From: an uncultured Actinomycetota bacterium
GTDB lineage: Bacteria; Actinomycetota; Actinomycetes; S36-B12; UBA5976
Assembly (NCBI GenBank): GCA_963784905.1
Contig: CAWATP010000009.1
Coordinates: 54,279 to 118,278 of the forward strand
Direction of reading: 5' to 3'
DNA length: 64,000 bases
Both the position numbers and the translations under genes were made by a program. The notes under the pieces are model-generated. The model did not search any database. It was not told where the DNA came from and worked only from the letters and a program-made list of their open reading frames with translations. Of the stretch, positions 1-10,441 are shown piece by piece. The number at the start of each line of letters is the position of its first letter. Positions within the stretch are counted from its first letter, which is position 1.

Positions 1-80
1 CAACTGCAGCAGTGCCGCTTGGGTTCTCGAGAGCCCAAGCGGCACTGCTCATATTGCACCGGCGTGAAACGATTGCAGAT

Positions 81-1052
81 TCAGCCGTTCTCGTCGGCGA
101 TGATCGTCGGGGGATTCTTGGCGGAGTCCTTCGCTGGCAGCCCGGGGAACGACGGTTCGTATGCCCGCGGATCCTCGATAGGTTCGAGGTGTGACATCAC
201 TTCAGCATCCGGGAACTCGGCAGTTAACCGTGTCTCAATGCGCTCCAGCAGATCGTGGCCCTGCTGAACTGTCCAGGCGCCGGGTACGAGTACGTGCATA
301 TAGATGAATTGCCGATGGCCCGCCACCCGCGTGCGCACATGATGGAACCGCGTATCCGCTCCGTCGAACTCGTCGAGCACCACCACGAGACGTTCATGAT
401 CGGTCTCACTGAGCGAGCGGTCCATGAGCGCGTCCAGCGAATCAGAGATGAGATGCCAGCCCGTCCAGATGATGTTGAGGCCGACCAGCAGCGCGATGAT
501 CGGATCGAGTCGCAGCCAACCTGTGAGGCCAACGGCGAGCACGCCAAGGACCACACCAACCGACGTCCACACATCGGTGAGCAGATGCTTTCCATCCGCG
601 ACAAGCGTCACCGAGCGATGCACACGTCCAGCCCGCATGAGAATGAAGGCAACCCATCCGTTGAGCGCAGACGCGCCAACCGATATGGCGAGGCCGATCC
701 CGACATTTTCGAGTTCGGTTGGATGCAGGATTCGTTGAAATGCAGTCCAGATGATGAAGACGGCCGCCACGAAGATCATCAGACCCTCAACGGCCGCGGA
801 AAAATACTCGGCCTTACTGTGGCCGAAATGGTGCTGGGCATCGTGCGGCTGTGCGGCCACGCGTAGTGCCACCAACGCAACAATTGCGGCTACCAAATTG
901 ACGATCGATTCCGCGGCATCGGAAAGCAGCCCGACCGAGCCAGTGAGCAAGTAGGCACCGCTCTTGAGGGCGATGGTGGTAACGGCAACTGCGACGGACA
1001 TCCAGGCGAACTTCGTCAGGTCAGGGCGGACACTTGGGGTCTGTTCGGTCAT
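81..1052 (-). CDS. Cation diffusion facilitator (CDF) family transporter
   Basis: SDAAES, HHFGHSKAEY and ADGKHLLTD motifs; six TM helices; C-terminal dimerisation domain. Confidence 0.92.
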   Translation of the reverse strand: MTEQTPSVRPDLTKFAWMSVAVAVTTIALKSGAYLLTGSVGLLSDAAESIVNLVAAIVALVALRVAAQPHDAQHHFGHSKAEYFSAAVEGLMIFVAAVFIIWTAFQRILHPTELENVGIGLAISVGASALNGWVAFILMRAGRVHRSVTLVADGKHLLTDVWTSVGVVLGVLAVGLTGWLRLDPIIALLVGLNIIWTGWHLISDSLDALMDRSLSETDHERLVVVLDEFDGADTRFHHVRTRVAGHRQFIYMHVLVPGAWTVQQGHDLLERIETRLTAEFPDAEVMSHLEPIEDPRAYEPSFPGLPAKDSAKNPPTIIADENG

Positions 1053-1171
1053 GCCGCCGAGGATATAGGGGGTCTCGCGGAGTCAACGAAGCGATGGCAG
1101 GAACCCAACAAAAGTAGTTGTATCTTGGATAATCTTGATCTCGAACCAGCCCCATCACCGCAGGAGCACAA

Positions 1172-1591
1172 ATGTCGTATGCAGTTGAGAAGCCAGATAG
1201 CGAATGGCGTGCCACGTTGGATCCGGCGTCTTACCGAGTGCTGCGTATGGCAGGTACCGAACCGGCGTGGTCTGGGCCGCTGCTGGAAGAACACCGAGCG
1301 GGCAGCTTCCAATGCGGAGGGTGCGGAAACGAACTCTTCACGGCCGGTACCAAGTTCGAGTCCGGCTGTGGCTGGCCCAGTTTTTACGAGACGGTGCGGC
1401 CCGATGCAGTCGAGCTGGTGGAGGATCTCTCGGGTGGTCGGACACGCACGGAAGTGCGCTGTGCACGCTGTGGATCGCACTTGGGGCACGTTTTCCCTGA
1501 TGGATACGGGACGCCGACAGGCGACCGCTACTGCATGAACTCGTTGGCGCTCACGTTCACAGCCGATCCGGTCACAGAGCAGGATTCCTGA
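1172..1591 (+). CDS. msrB: Peptide-methionine (R)-S-oxide reductase
   Basis: KFESGCGWPSF, HLGHVFPDG and RYCMNS motifs; two CxxC. Confidence 0.96.
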   Translation: MSYAVEKPDSEWRATLDPASYRVLRMAGTEPAWSGPLLEEHRAGSFQCGGCGNELFTAGTKFESGCGWPSFYETVRPDAVELVEDLSGGRTRTEVRCARCGSHLGHVFPDGYGTPTGDRYCMNSLALTFTADPVTEQDS

Positions 1592-1729
1592 GGTCAGCAC
1601 CCCATCCCGTCTTCGGAATGAAAATGCTTACGCGAGCGTTCCTAGCGGCGAGCACCAAACGATCAGAGCGAGTGAAACCGCGCCTGTCTTGACGTGCCCA
1701 CAGCGTTCACTTCGACTCAGGAGACCAGC

Positions 1730-2152
1730 ATGGCAACGACTCGGCGCGCGGAAGCACAATGGCAGGGCAGCCTCATCGAGGGCAGTGGGCAGGTGACATT
1801 CGCATCCTCGGGTCTCGGCACCTATCCGGTCTCCTGGCCCGCGCGGTCCGCTGAGGCCAATGGTGTGACCAGCCCAGAGGAACTCATCGCCGCAGCACAT
1901 TCGACGTGCTATTCGATGGCGCTTTCCAATGGCCTCGCCAAAGCAGGAACGCCTGCGTCATCGCTGGAAACAAGCGCCGAAGTGGATTTCGTGCCTGGTA
2001 CCGGAATCACGGCGATTCGGCTTCAGGTGCGTGGAGTTGTTCCCGGTCTGGACTCGGCAGGGTTTGCCGCCGCGGCAGAAACTGCCAAAGAGGGCTGCCC
2101 CGTGAGCAAGGCCCTCGCAGCAGTGCCGATCACCCTCACCGTGCTGGACTAG
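1730..2152 (+). CDS. osmC: OsmC family peroxiredoxin
   Basis: PEELIAAAHSTCYSMAL and CPVSKAL; AGGAG RBS before ATG 1730. Confidence 0.92.
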   Translation: MATTRRAEAQWQGSLIEGSGQVTFASSGLGTYPVSWPARSAEANGVTSPEELIAAAHSTCYSMALSNGLAKAGTPASSLETSAEVDFVPGTGITAIRLQVRGVVPGLDSAGFAAAAETAKEGCPVSKALAAVPITLTVLD

Positions 2153-2239
2153 GCGGCTGCAACAATAGGGCTTGCGTTGATAGCGTCGCGCACAGGATCT
2201 CATTCGCCCGTAACGTGATTGCTTCAGGGAGGGACGCGC

Positions 2240-3034
2240 ATGGCCGTTGGCTTGGTTCGTCCCCGCTTCGACCATGTGCGGATGCTGTTTCGACCGCGTT
2301 CATGGCGACGTGAAGCACTGTTCCTGGGTCTGTGTTACATAGGCTATGAATGGGTGCGGGGCGTTGCGCCAGAACGTCGTTCTATCGCATTTTCCAACGC
2401 GGATGGGCTGCAAACGCTTGAGCAGTTCCTGCACATCGACATTGAGCTGAGTGCCAATACGTTCTTGCTCGATCACCTCTGGCTGGCCAATGCTGCAAGC
2501 GCCTTTTACCAACTGGCGCACGAAGGCGTGGCAGTCGCAGTCCTCGTGTGGCTGTGGCAGCGACACCGCGCACATTACGCACCGTTGCGCTCTGCGCTCG
2601 TGATCACCACCTTTGTCAGCCTATTCACATACTGGCTGATCCCGTTGGCTCCGCCGCGATTTGCGCAAGCAGGCATCGTCGACACGATGCTGGAGTACCC
2701 CGTGCTCTTTGCGGGGATGAAGAGTGTTACCGGCCTCGTGAACCTGTACGCGGCCATGCCAAGCGTCCATGTGGCCTGGGCAGTGTGGTGCGCGTTGTCG
2801 TTTTCTGTGGCTTCATCACTCCAGCGGCGTTGGTGGGTTTGGTGCTATCCCCTCACGACAGCGTTGATAGTGCTCGGTACGGGAAATCACTATGTGCTTG
2901 ACATCATTGTCGGAGCATTATTGGTAGGTCTTGCTTGGTGGCTTGTCGAAGTGTGGCACCCAGATCGTCGGCAATTCCTGGCAGCGCTTGCCGCGCTACC
3001 GCACCCGCACCGCCGCGAACACCCGAAACCCTGA
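2240..3034 (+). CDS. PAP2 superfamily membrane protein (Aur1/inositol-phosphotransferase-like)
   Basis: PLAPPRF, YAAMPSVH and TGNHYVLD motifs. Confidence 0.85.
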   Translation: MAVGLVRPRFDHVRMLFRPRSWRREALFLGLCYIGYEWVRGVAPERRSIAFSNADGLQTLEQFLHIDIELSANTFLLDHLWLANAASAFYQLAHEGVAVAVLVWLWQRHRAHYAPLRSALVITTFVSLFTYWLIPLAPPRFAQAGIVDTMLEYPVLFAGMKSVTGLVNLYAAMPSVHVAWAVWCALSFSVASSLQRRWWVWCYPLTTALIVLGTGNHYVLDIIVGALLVGLAWWLVEVWHPDRRQFLAALAALPHPHRREHPKP

Positions 3035-3149
3035 AGAGCGGTTGGGTCGCGGTCACGCAGTGAGAAGGTCCGCCACGTACGCAAACCCCGCTGGAGCTTG
3101 GGCTCGATGGGCCGACTGCGGCCGTAGAACGTGCCAGGCAGTCCAGATC

Positions 3150-5240
3150 TCAGGGCTTGGAAACGGCTCGCCAGGCAGCGGCCATCTTGTCAACCCCCGC
3201 CTTGATGCGGAGTGTGTATTCGGCACGATTCCAGTCATCCCAACGCACACTCGGGAGCTCAATTACGGAGGAACCCAGATGTAGCGTCATGCCGATTTCG
3301 TCGACCTTGGTTGGCTCTGCGTAGGTGCCCCGCGGTACGACTGCGGTGTGGGACGACGGGTCGCCCAAGAGCAGCATTGACCAGGGGATACGCAATTCAA
3401 GCAGGTCTCGATCAAGCCACCACGTGGACAGCGAGTTGTATTCCGTAGCGGAGACGTCCCAAGAACCGCGAACCAACCGCCCCGTATCGAAGAACTCCGC
3501 TGGGCGCGCCGGTGCACCACCAGTTGCGGGCCAGGCTCGGTCGGCAGACATGCGTTGCAGTGACCAGCCGGGGAAGCTCTCGCCGGGCATCGAGGTAGGG
3601 TCCATCCCGTCAAGCTGAATCAAGTCAAGTTCGGTGCGCACGTATGCGTCGGCCTTGCCCTTGAGCGGATCGATCATGATGGCGACGTCGTTGCTGCCGC
3701 TGCGTGGTCCTGCGCCAGGCATGGAGAGGCCGCCAGGCACGATGTTGAAGCCCAGCGATAGCGGTGTATTGAGATCCTGACGTAACTTGATTTCGACGTA
3801 CACGTAAGAAGCGTCTATCTGCGTTGAGTAGGCGATTACAGGTCCGCTGGGCGACTCGTAGGGCGTGCTCCAACCGGTTGCCACTGGGTCGGATGCGACC
3901 ACGCCGAACCACTGCTCGTTCGTGAGCGGGTCGTGCCAGAGGGATCGCCGTTCCGGATGTGCGACGGTGGTACGTGGCTGGGTGTTCCAGGTGAACTTGA
4001 ACCACTCGTCATTCCAGATGAACAGCATCGCACCGGCCAGCCCCTGCGCTTTGATGCCGCGCAGCATCTGAGCGTCCATCGCCATGGCCTGCTGCTCGGT
4101 GTGGGCACCTTGGTCACGGCCCAAGGTGCCGTAGTGCGCGGCACCGATTGAGGCCGGTACACCGAACTCGCTGATCATGGTGGGAAGTCCGGCTGTTGCG
4201 TGATGGGCCTTGAGTGATGCGACATACGCAAGGTATGGATCGACCTTGCCGTTGGCGAGCGGTGTGCGCAACTCGGGCTGTGAGCGCATGAAGTCTGGGT
4301 AGTAGGGGTAGGCGTGGTAGCTCGCAAACGAGCCACCGGGCCAGGCCGAAGTGGGGAGGACGTGATTCGCGTCGAGGCCAACCATGTCCTCACGCGCGTT
4401 GGGCTCCGTGGTGTGTGTCAATGGATCCGTCGTAGGCCAGTTCACAAACGCGATGGGTGAACTCGTGTGGTGCGAGGCTTCCGCCGCCGCCAGCTCGTCC
4501 ATGTGGCGCGCCAGCCACCGCTCGGTAGGACTGCTGTGCGTCGTAGCAGTGAAGTACAGCCCCGCGAACTCCGGAACCGCAGCTGCGTTGGATCGTTCTA
4601 CACCGAAGGGATCCAGCTCGGCACCGATAATCCAGCCGGCCAACCATTTGCTGACATCGGTGGTCCATGTGCCGCTGGCGCGACCTCGCTGGAACGTGCG
4701 GTAGAGATCGCCGTGGACGGCCGCGCTGGCGTCGGCGATCTCACCGCTGAAGGCATTGTCTGCAACCGAATCCATAAGGGTGCCGGTCTCGGAGTACGAC
4801 TCATCCGGTAAGTAAATGCCCTGAATGAGGTAGAGCGGCGCATCGCCATGATCGTGGTTGTACTTCGCGAACTCTTCGTAAAACCCCGGTGTCATGATGG
4901 TGTAGGTACGGATGAAGCGGACGCCCATATCCGCCATTTGCGGAAACCAATCGCGGAAGGTCCCGCGAGGCGTTGCAAGTTCTCCCGGGTTGTGTCCGGG
5001 CACCGTAGTGCCGACGTTCACTCCACCCCAGAAGGTGACATCGCCATGGCGAGTGTGGAGCGCCAAGCGTGCCTCGCCGCCACTATTCGTCACCGACGCA
5101 AGCGTGGTGAGGCCTTGTATGACTTGTGGTTTTGGCGCCCAGGAAGTGGATGACGCTGAGGTCGAACTGGTCGTGCCACAAGACGACAGCAGCGCGGTAA
5201 GCGCTCCTGCGATTACCGCGCTGCTGAACGCTCGTCTCAT
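3150..5240 (-). CDS. Secreted lipoprotein, glycoside-hydrolase-like TIM barrel
   Basis: Lipobox LSSC after a signal peptide (ATG 5240 overlaps the GT2 stop); FASYHAYPYYPDF, ISEFG and DEWFK motifs. Confidence 0.7.
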   Translation of the reverse strand: MRRAFSSAVIAGALTALLSSCGTTSSTSASSTSWAPKPQVIQGLTTLASVTNSGGEARLALHTRHGDVTFWGGVNVGTTVPGHNPGELATPRGTFRDWFPQMADMGVRFIRTYTIMTPGFYEEFAKYNHDHGDAPLYLIQGIYLPDESYSETGTLMDSVADNAFSGEIADASAAVHGDLYRTFQRGRASGTWTTDVSKWLAGWIIGAELDPFGVERSNAAAVPEFAGLYFTATTHSSPTERWLARHMDELAAAEASHHTSSPIAFVNWPTTDPLTHTTEPNAREDMVGLDANHVLPTSAWPGGSFASYHAYPYYPDFMRSQPELRTPLANGKVDPYLAYVASLKAHHATAGLPTMISEFGVPASIGAAHYGTLGRDQGAHTEQQAMAMDAQMLRGIKAQGLAGAMLFIWNDEWFKFTWNTQPRTTVAHPERRSLWHDPLTNEQWFGVVASDPVATGWSTPYESPSGPVIAYSTQIDASYVYVEIKLRQDLNTPLSLGFNIVPGGLSMPGAGPRSGSNDVAIMIDPLKGKADAYVRTELDLIQLDGMDPTSMPGESFPGWSLQRMSADRAWPATGGAPARPAEFFDTGRLVRGSWDVSATEYNSLSTWWLDRDLLELRIPWSMLLLGDPSSHTAVVPRGTYAEPTKVDEIGMTLHLGSSVIELPSVRWDDWNRAEYTLRIKAGVDKMAAAWRAVSKP

Positions 5241-6700
5241 ACCGGAATTTCCTCCACGTGCTTGGCTTCCGTGAATCCCATGCGCTTCTGCTCGCCCCAT
5301 TGCTGGCGATTGGCACGAATACGGAAGATAGCGCGCATACGTACAAAAGCCTGCCATTGGCGGAAGCCGAAGTTCTCGAGGAACGCAGTAATCGTCATGC
5401 GGCGAAGATCTTGCCAGTTGGGGTAGCGCCTGAACGCACGCTCCTCGAGCAGAATGACAATCATGGAGATGAAGTATCCATAGGCAAAGGCAAAGGCCAG
5501 CATCATCAGGTAGATCGGAAGGCTGCCAAAGCCGAACAGTATGGCTAATGGCGTGATGATCATGCCAACCACCGTGATGAGCGGCTCGAGGAATTCGAAC
5601 GCCCAGAAATATGGCAAGGAAACCCAACCGATCCGTCCATACTTCTTCCGGAATAGCATGCCGCGGTGGCGAATCAGCGTCTCACCCAGTCCACGCTGCC
5701 AGCGATCGCGTTGGCGCACGAGTGCTCTTGCCGTGGTCGGGGCCTCGGTCCAGCAGATCGGGTCGGGGAAGAACGTGATGCGGCAGGGCTGGTTGTGATC
5801 AGCCTGGTACTTGCGAATGCGCAGCACCAGTTCGGCGTCTTCCGTGATCGATTCGCCGTTATACCCACCTGCGTTGACGAGCACGTCGCGACGGAAGAGC
5901 CCGAATGCACCGGAAATGATCATGAGCATGCCCATGCGCGACCAACCGAGGCGGCCACCCAAGAATGCACGCAGGTACTCAACGATTTGGACGTTGGCGA
6001 GGAACTGACGATGCGGAGTTGCGATCGAAACCAAGCGGCCGTCTTTAACCGTACTCCCGTTGGCGATGCGAACAATGCCACCGGTGGCAACTGTGTCAGT
6101 GTGCGACTGGAACTCCCACACGAGGCGCGCGAGCGCACCTGGATCGAGCATGGTGTCGGCGTCGATAGCGCTGACCAGCGGGAATTGCGCATAGTTGATG
6201 CCCGCATTGAGCGCGTCCGCTTTGCCGCCATTCTCCTTATCGATGACAACGATTCGCGAATCCATGGGAGAGGCAAAGACCTGTCGCACTGGCATCGTGG
6301 CTAGTCCCGAGCGAGGCGTTCGCTCAATTGCGACCAGCTTAAAAGCCGTTTTCAGCACATCCAGTGTCTTGTCGGTGGATCCATCGTTCACGACGATCAC
6401 TTCGAGTTGACTGAACTGCGTGGCCAATAGCGAACGCACGGATTCCACAATATTCAGTGCTTCGTTGAAACCCGGCACGATAATGCTCACCGGCATCGAT
6501 AACTCGCTGGTGCCCACATGGCGGTAGTCGCGAAGTGGTCGCATACGCACGTAATGGTTGACCGCGAACCAGCCGACGATCACAAGCACTGCTGAAAGCA
6601 CCAGCATGAAGCCGAGGTAATACATCAGAAAACGGTTGTACCAAATGACCAGAGTTTGCAGCCACTGCATTCCGTTGTTGTCGAAAACGCCTGTTCCCAT
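5237..6700 (-). CDS. Processive GT2 glycosyltransferase (IcaA/NodC-like)
   Basis: DGSTD, KENGGKADALN, DADT, TED and QRDRW motifs plus TM helices. Confidence 0.9.
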   Translation of the reverse strand: MGTGVFDNNGMQWLQTLVIWYNRFLMYYLGFMLVLSAVLVIVGWFAVNHYVRMRPLRDYRHVGTSELSMPVSIIVPGFNEALNIVESVRSLLATQFSQLEVIVVNDGSTDKTLDVLKTAFKLVAIERTPRSGLATMPVRQVFASPMDSRIVVIDKENGGKADALNAGINYAQFPLVSAIDADTMLDPGALARLVWEFQSHTDTVATGGIVRIANGSTVKDGRLVSIATPHRQFLANVQIVEYLRAFLGGRLGWSRMGMLMIISGAFGLFRRDVLVNAGGYNGESITEDAELVLRIRKYQADHNQPCRITFFPDPICWTEAPTTARALVRQRDRWQRGLGETLIRHRGMLFRKKYGRIGWVSLPYFWAFEFLEPLITVVGMIITPLAILFGFGSLPIYLMMLAFAFAYGYFISMIVILLEERAFRRYPNWQDLRRMTITAFLENFGFRQWQAFVRMRAIFRIRANRQQWGEQKRMGFTEAKHVEEIPV

Positions 6701-7818
6701 TACGCACCTGCCTGCTGGTAGCTGGGGAACGCGGCGTGCATCGCCAGTTCCTCTCGCGCACGTTGCGCAGCAAAACGGTCATTACCTTCGGCGACGCGCT
6801 GCAGCCGTTTCCGCCCCTCGGCACCCAGCCCCAGCAGAGCGCGAGCGGCGCCACGGCGCACGAACCAGTCAGCATCACCGACCAGCGTCTCGAGCTTGTC
6901 GAACTCAACGACGTTGGGGATCTGGCGTAGCACTTCAATCGCGGTGCTCCGAACATTGGCGTGGTCGTCGCTGGCTGCATCAATCGCCAACGCTTCCATG
7001 CGTTGCTGTTGTTCTGGGGTTGCTCGTACATACGTCGCGCTGAGCACGCGCATCGCTTGCATTCGCTCGAACTTGTTGTCCCCGGCTCCCGCGGCCAAGG
7101 CCGCCGGGATGGCTCGGATATCCGCTGCGTAGGAAAGTGCCCGTAGGAGATCGCAGCGAATCTCCCACGTCTGTCCCGGCTTATCCATGGCGCGAAGGAG
7201 CGAGTCGACTGCCCACGAGTGCCCCAATCGTTCGATGATGCGAGCGCGTGGAAGGTGGCTTTGCTCGAGCGCCAGAATGAGGGCATCCGCTGCCCCCGGA
7301 GTCGCCATGCGCTCCAGAGCGCCCACTGCGGCAAGACGAACCGTGGGCTCTTTGTCCTGTGTGAACTTCTCGATAATGGTTGGATCCACGTGCCAGCAGG
7401 GGAAGCCTGCGATGTACACCGAGAGGCCGCGACGGATCGCGCTTCCGCTCGTGAGCTGCCGCTGGAGTTGATCGGATAGACCGGCGTCGATGAACGACTG
7501 TTGAACTTCGGCGATTCGCACGGGGGTCCACCATGTAGCTCCGGCCGTGCGGTTACACACCGAAGTGAGGTCAGACTGCTCGCGTACGCCGCCACGCAAG
7601 ATCTCAAGCGCCACAGCGCGCAACTTCACGTTGTCACCGGTCTCCCATGCGTCAAGTACGCGCACCTGCATGGCAGCGCTGTTCTTCTCTAGATTGTCGC
7701 GGTTGATCTTGAAAGCAATCACGGCGCCAATGAGAACGATGCTCAGCACGGTGAGCACAACGATCAACAGGAGGATCAGTTGGGCATCGCCCGTCGTCAA
7801 GTGGAAGTTCATCTGCAC
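6700..7818 (-). CDS. Membrane-anchored HEAT-repeat protein
   Basis: N-terminal TM followed by VRLAAVGAL, VRSTAIEVL and VRRGAARAL repeats; translationally coupled to the GT2 gene. Confidence 0.8.
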   Translation of the reverse strand: MQMNFHLTTGDAQLILLLIVVLTVLSIVLIGAVIAFKINRDNLEKNSAAMQVRVLDAWETGDNVKLRAVALEILRGGVREQSDLTSVCNRTAGATWWTPVRIAEVQQSFIDAGLSDQLQRQLTSGSAIRRGLSVYIAGFPCWHVDPTIIEKFTQDKEPTVRLAAVGALERMATPGAADALILALEQSHLPRARIIERLGHSWAVDSLLRAMDKPGQTWEIRCDLLRALSYAADIRAIPAALAAGAGDNKFERMQAMRVLSATYVRATPEQQQRMEALAIDAASDDHANVRSTAIEVLRQIPNVVEFDKLETLVGDADWFVRRGAARALLGLGAEGRKRLQRVAEGNDRFAAQRAREELAMHAAFPSYQQAGA

Positions 7819-7973
7819 CTCAGATTCTTAAGTTAAGGCAAAGATACGGACCTTTGGCCCTATAGGTAAACCTATGCATTCGGCATTCCGTACGGGGCTC
7901 TTTGTGAAAAGCCGACTAGGCGGTAGGTGCGGGACGTAGCTTTGTAGTGACATCGGGTGCTTAGGCTGCGCAT

Positions 7974-8810
7974 ATGGAGTCAGAAATCGCGGCGCCGCGA
8001 GTCATGGATGAAATGACAGCGCTAGGCCCATTCGCGACACTCGCCGGTCGTGTGGCCGTAGTGACGGGGGCGGGAAGCGCTACGGGAATTGGCTTTGCTG
8101 TGGCAACAGCGCTTGCTGCTCAAGGTTCGCGAGTTTTTCTCACATCTACAACAGGCCGCTGCCAAGACCGTGCGGACGAGCTCGTGGCACTCGGTTTTGA
8201 TGCCGCCGCGTGCCCTGCCGACCTCACGGTCACGGCCGACGTCGACGCGTTGCTCAGCGCTGTTCGGACGCGTTACGGACGGGTCGAGATCCTGGTGAAC
8301 AACGCCGGCATGACGAGCGTCCTTGACCCGATGGAAGATGGTCTCCGGACCCATGAGTTGACGGATGTGCGCTGGGCGCGAACCCTAGAACGAAATCTGA
8401 CCGTCTGCTTTCACGTCACTGCACGGGCCCTTGTGGACATGTTGTCTGCAAACTGGGGACGTATTGTCAATGTCGCGAGCACGACAGGGGTCACGGGTGC
8501 GATGCTTGGAGAGGCTGCATACGCATCTGCCAAAGCTGGCGTTGTGGGATTCACGAAGGCCGTCGCGCTCGAGTATGCAGCGAATGGCATCACGGCCAAT
8601 GCGGTTGCCCCGGGATGGATTGCTACTGCCTCGCAGACTGCGGACGAGAAGCTGCAGGGGCAGGCGGCTCCGATTGGTCGAAGTGGGACTCCGGCCGAAG
8701 TGGCGCATGTGGTGACCATGCTCTGCCTACCCAGCGCTTCTTACGTGACTGGGCAATGCATCGTGGTCGACGGTGGCAACTCCATCGCCGAAGAGCGCGC
8801 AGCGCACTAG
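7974..8810 (+). CDS. SDR family oxidoreductase
   Basis: TGAGSATGIG, NNAG, YASAK and NAVAPG motifs. Confidence 0.9.
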   Translation: MESEIAAPRVMDEMTALGPFATLAGRVAVVTGAGSATGIGFAVATALAAQGSRVFLTSTTGRCQDRADELVALGFDAAACPADLTVTADVDALLSAVRTRYGRVEILVNNAGMTSVLDPMEDGLRTHELTDVRWARTLERNLTVCFHVTARALVDMLSANWGRIVNVASTTGVTGAMLGEAAYASAKAGVVGFTKAVALEYAANGITANAVAPGWIATASQTADEKLQGQAAPIGRSGTPAEVAHVVTMLCLPSASYVTGQCIVVDGGNSIAEERAAH

Positions 8811-8820
8811 CGGAGTGTCA

Positions 8821-8970
8821 TCAGCCGAAGGTGGTGACCGACCGCGTGATCACTAGTGCGACCGTCGTCAGCGACACCATGGACTGCATCATCATGAACC
8901 ACATCGGTCCGAGCGAAAAACCGCGGGGAATTGGGATTTGTGCGATGGCGTTGAAGAGTCCACGCCCGTG
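8821..8970 (-). pseudogene. Possible 3' remnant of a DUF1345-like membrane protein gene
   Basis: Minus strand reads MMMQSMVSLTTVALVITRSVTTFG*, resembling the family C-terminus; no upstream body. Confidence 0.3.
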
Positions 8971-9052
8971 ACGGGCTAACGCAATTCACCGTCGGACTCA
9001 CTCTTGCACGGGATTCGTCCTACCGCACGCCTCGCTTGCAGAGATCGTGTAC

Positions 9053-9640
9053 TTAGCGAAGGAGCTTCCATGCCAAAGGAAGAAGGCCGGCTGCCAACAG
9101 GAGTTTGATGGCATCACCGACGAGAAATGGCGTCATGCCCCACGCGACCGCATTCGCCCAAGTCGCATGCAGCGAGTGCTGCAGCCACGACACACCGGTT
9201 GCATAGATGATCGCGTTGCCGGCGATCATCGCAAGGGCCACGCGGAGCGGCGTGCGAGTGAATCCGCGCTCAGCCAGACGACCCACAACACCGGCAGCGA
9301 GCAGGAATCCCACGACGTAGCCGAGGGACGGCATGGAGAGCACCGCACTGCCGGTGACGTGAGTGCCTTGCACTGTAGGAGCGAGCACGGGAAGACCGGC
9401 AAGGGCGAGCGTGAGATATAGGGCGCTCGAAGCGATACCCAGAGAGGATCCCAAGGCTGCGCCCGTAAGCAGCACCGCGAGCGTCTGACCAGTCAGAGGA
9501 ACTGGAGTAAAGGGGAGCCGGACGGCGACTTGCGCACTCGCCGCAATGAAGCCGGCTCCGCCGGCAATCAGTGCCAGGTCGCGCACCCAGGTGCCGCGGA
9601 AGGGAGTAGCGAGTACTCGAGTTGCGGTGGTCGAAGTCAT
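9053..9640 (-). CDS. bioY: Biotin transporter
   Basis: LPFTPVPLTGQTLAV, GYVVGF and PFLVGDAIK motifs. Confidence 0.93.
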   Translation of the reverse strand: MTSTTATRVLATPFRGTWVRDLALIAGGAGFIAASAQVAVRLPFTPVPLTGQTLAVLLTGAALGSSLGIASSALYLTLALAGLPVLAPTVQGTHVTGSAVLSMPSLGYVVGFLLAAGVVGRLAERGFTRTPLRVALAMIAGNAIIYATGVSWLQHSLHATWANAVAWGMTPFLVGDAIKLLLAAGLLPLAWKLLR

Positions 9641-9820
9641 GCGCACTCCTGTGTTGGGTAGGTGCATGGAAGCAGCCTTGGGTGGTTACTCGCAAGGAGC
9701 CTTGCCGCGCGGGGGCCGGTCTTTCACGCGCCGGAGTGTCCGATTCGGGACCTTCTGCTGTACCCTTGGAAGTGAACTACCTGCGCAGCCCACTGGGGAA
9801 GGTGACGCTGGGAGGTAGCA

Positions 9821-10348
9821 ATGGCAGTACCGATCGACTTGAACCGTGCGCAGCGTGCGCTGACACGGGGAGTCATCTATGTCCACGACGCAGGCAAAGC
9901 GTTCTGCAAACCTCTCGAATGGGCGCTTTCTGGCGTGCTCGATTACGAGGTGGCGCTGGATTGGACCCCACAGCCGATTACCCCAGGCCGCATGCGCGCC
10001 GAGTTTTCTTGGACAGGCCCCACCGGCAGTTCGGGCCGCATCGTCCATGCGCTCCACCAGTTGCCCGAGTTGCGCTTTGAAGTCACCGAGGAACCCACAG
10101 TCAGCAGTGAGGGTGAGCGATACGCGAGCACGCCGACACTCGGCATCTACCGCGCTCACATGAGCGTGCACGGCGACGTATTGATCAATGAACAGCGCAT
10201 CCGCACGCTGCTCTCTGAAGTCTCCGACATTGAAGAAATGCGGTCGTCGCTAGGGCTACTGCTTGGCACCGCCTGGGACGCCGAACTCGAGCCCTTCCGG
10301 CTTGCGGGCGAAGGCACTCCGGTCCGTTGGTTGCACCGCGTCGGCTGA
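9821..10348 (+). CDS. DUF3145 family protein
   Basis: TRGVIYVH, LRFEVTEEP and WDAELEPFR; usual neighbour of the actinobacterial fab operon. Confidence 0.85.
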   Translation: MAVPIDLNRAQRALTRGVIYVHDAGKAFCKPLEWALSGVLDYEVALDWTPQPITPGRMRAEFSWTGPTGSSGRIVHALHQLPELRFEVTEEPTVSSEGERYASTPTLGIYRAHMSVHGDVLINEQRIRTLLSEVSDIEEMRSSLGLLLGTAWDAELEPFRLAGEGTPVRWLHRVG

Positions 10349-10441
10349 GCCCTTCCCCTTGGCTTCACTGTCGATTCTGTTCGTCCTCCTGCGGAGGACC
10401 GAACAGAATCGACAGTGAAGCGCAGGATTTGGCGGGCGGCA

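Noticed and set aside
5241-5627. N-terminal extension of the 825-aa ORF call
   Set aside because: It overlaps the GT2 gene; the signal peptide and stop/start coupling place the start at 5240
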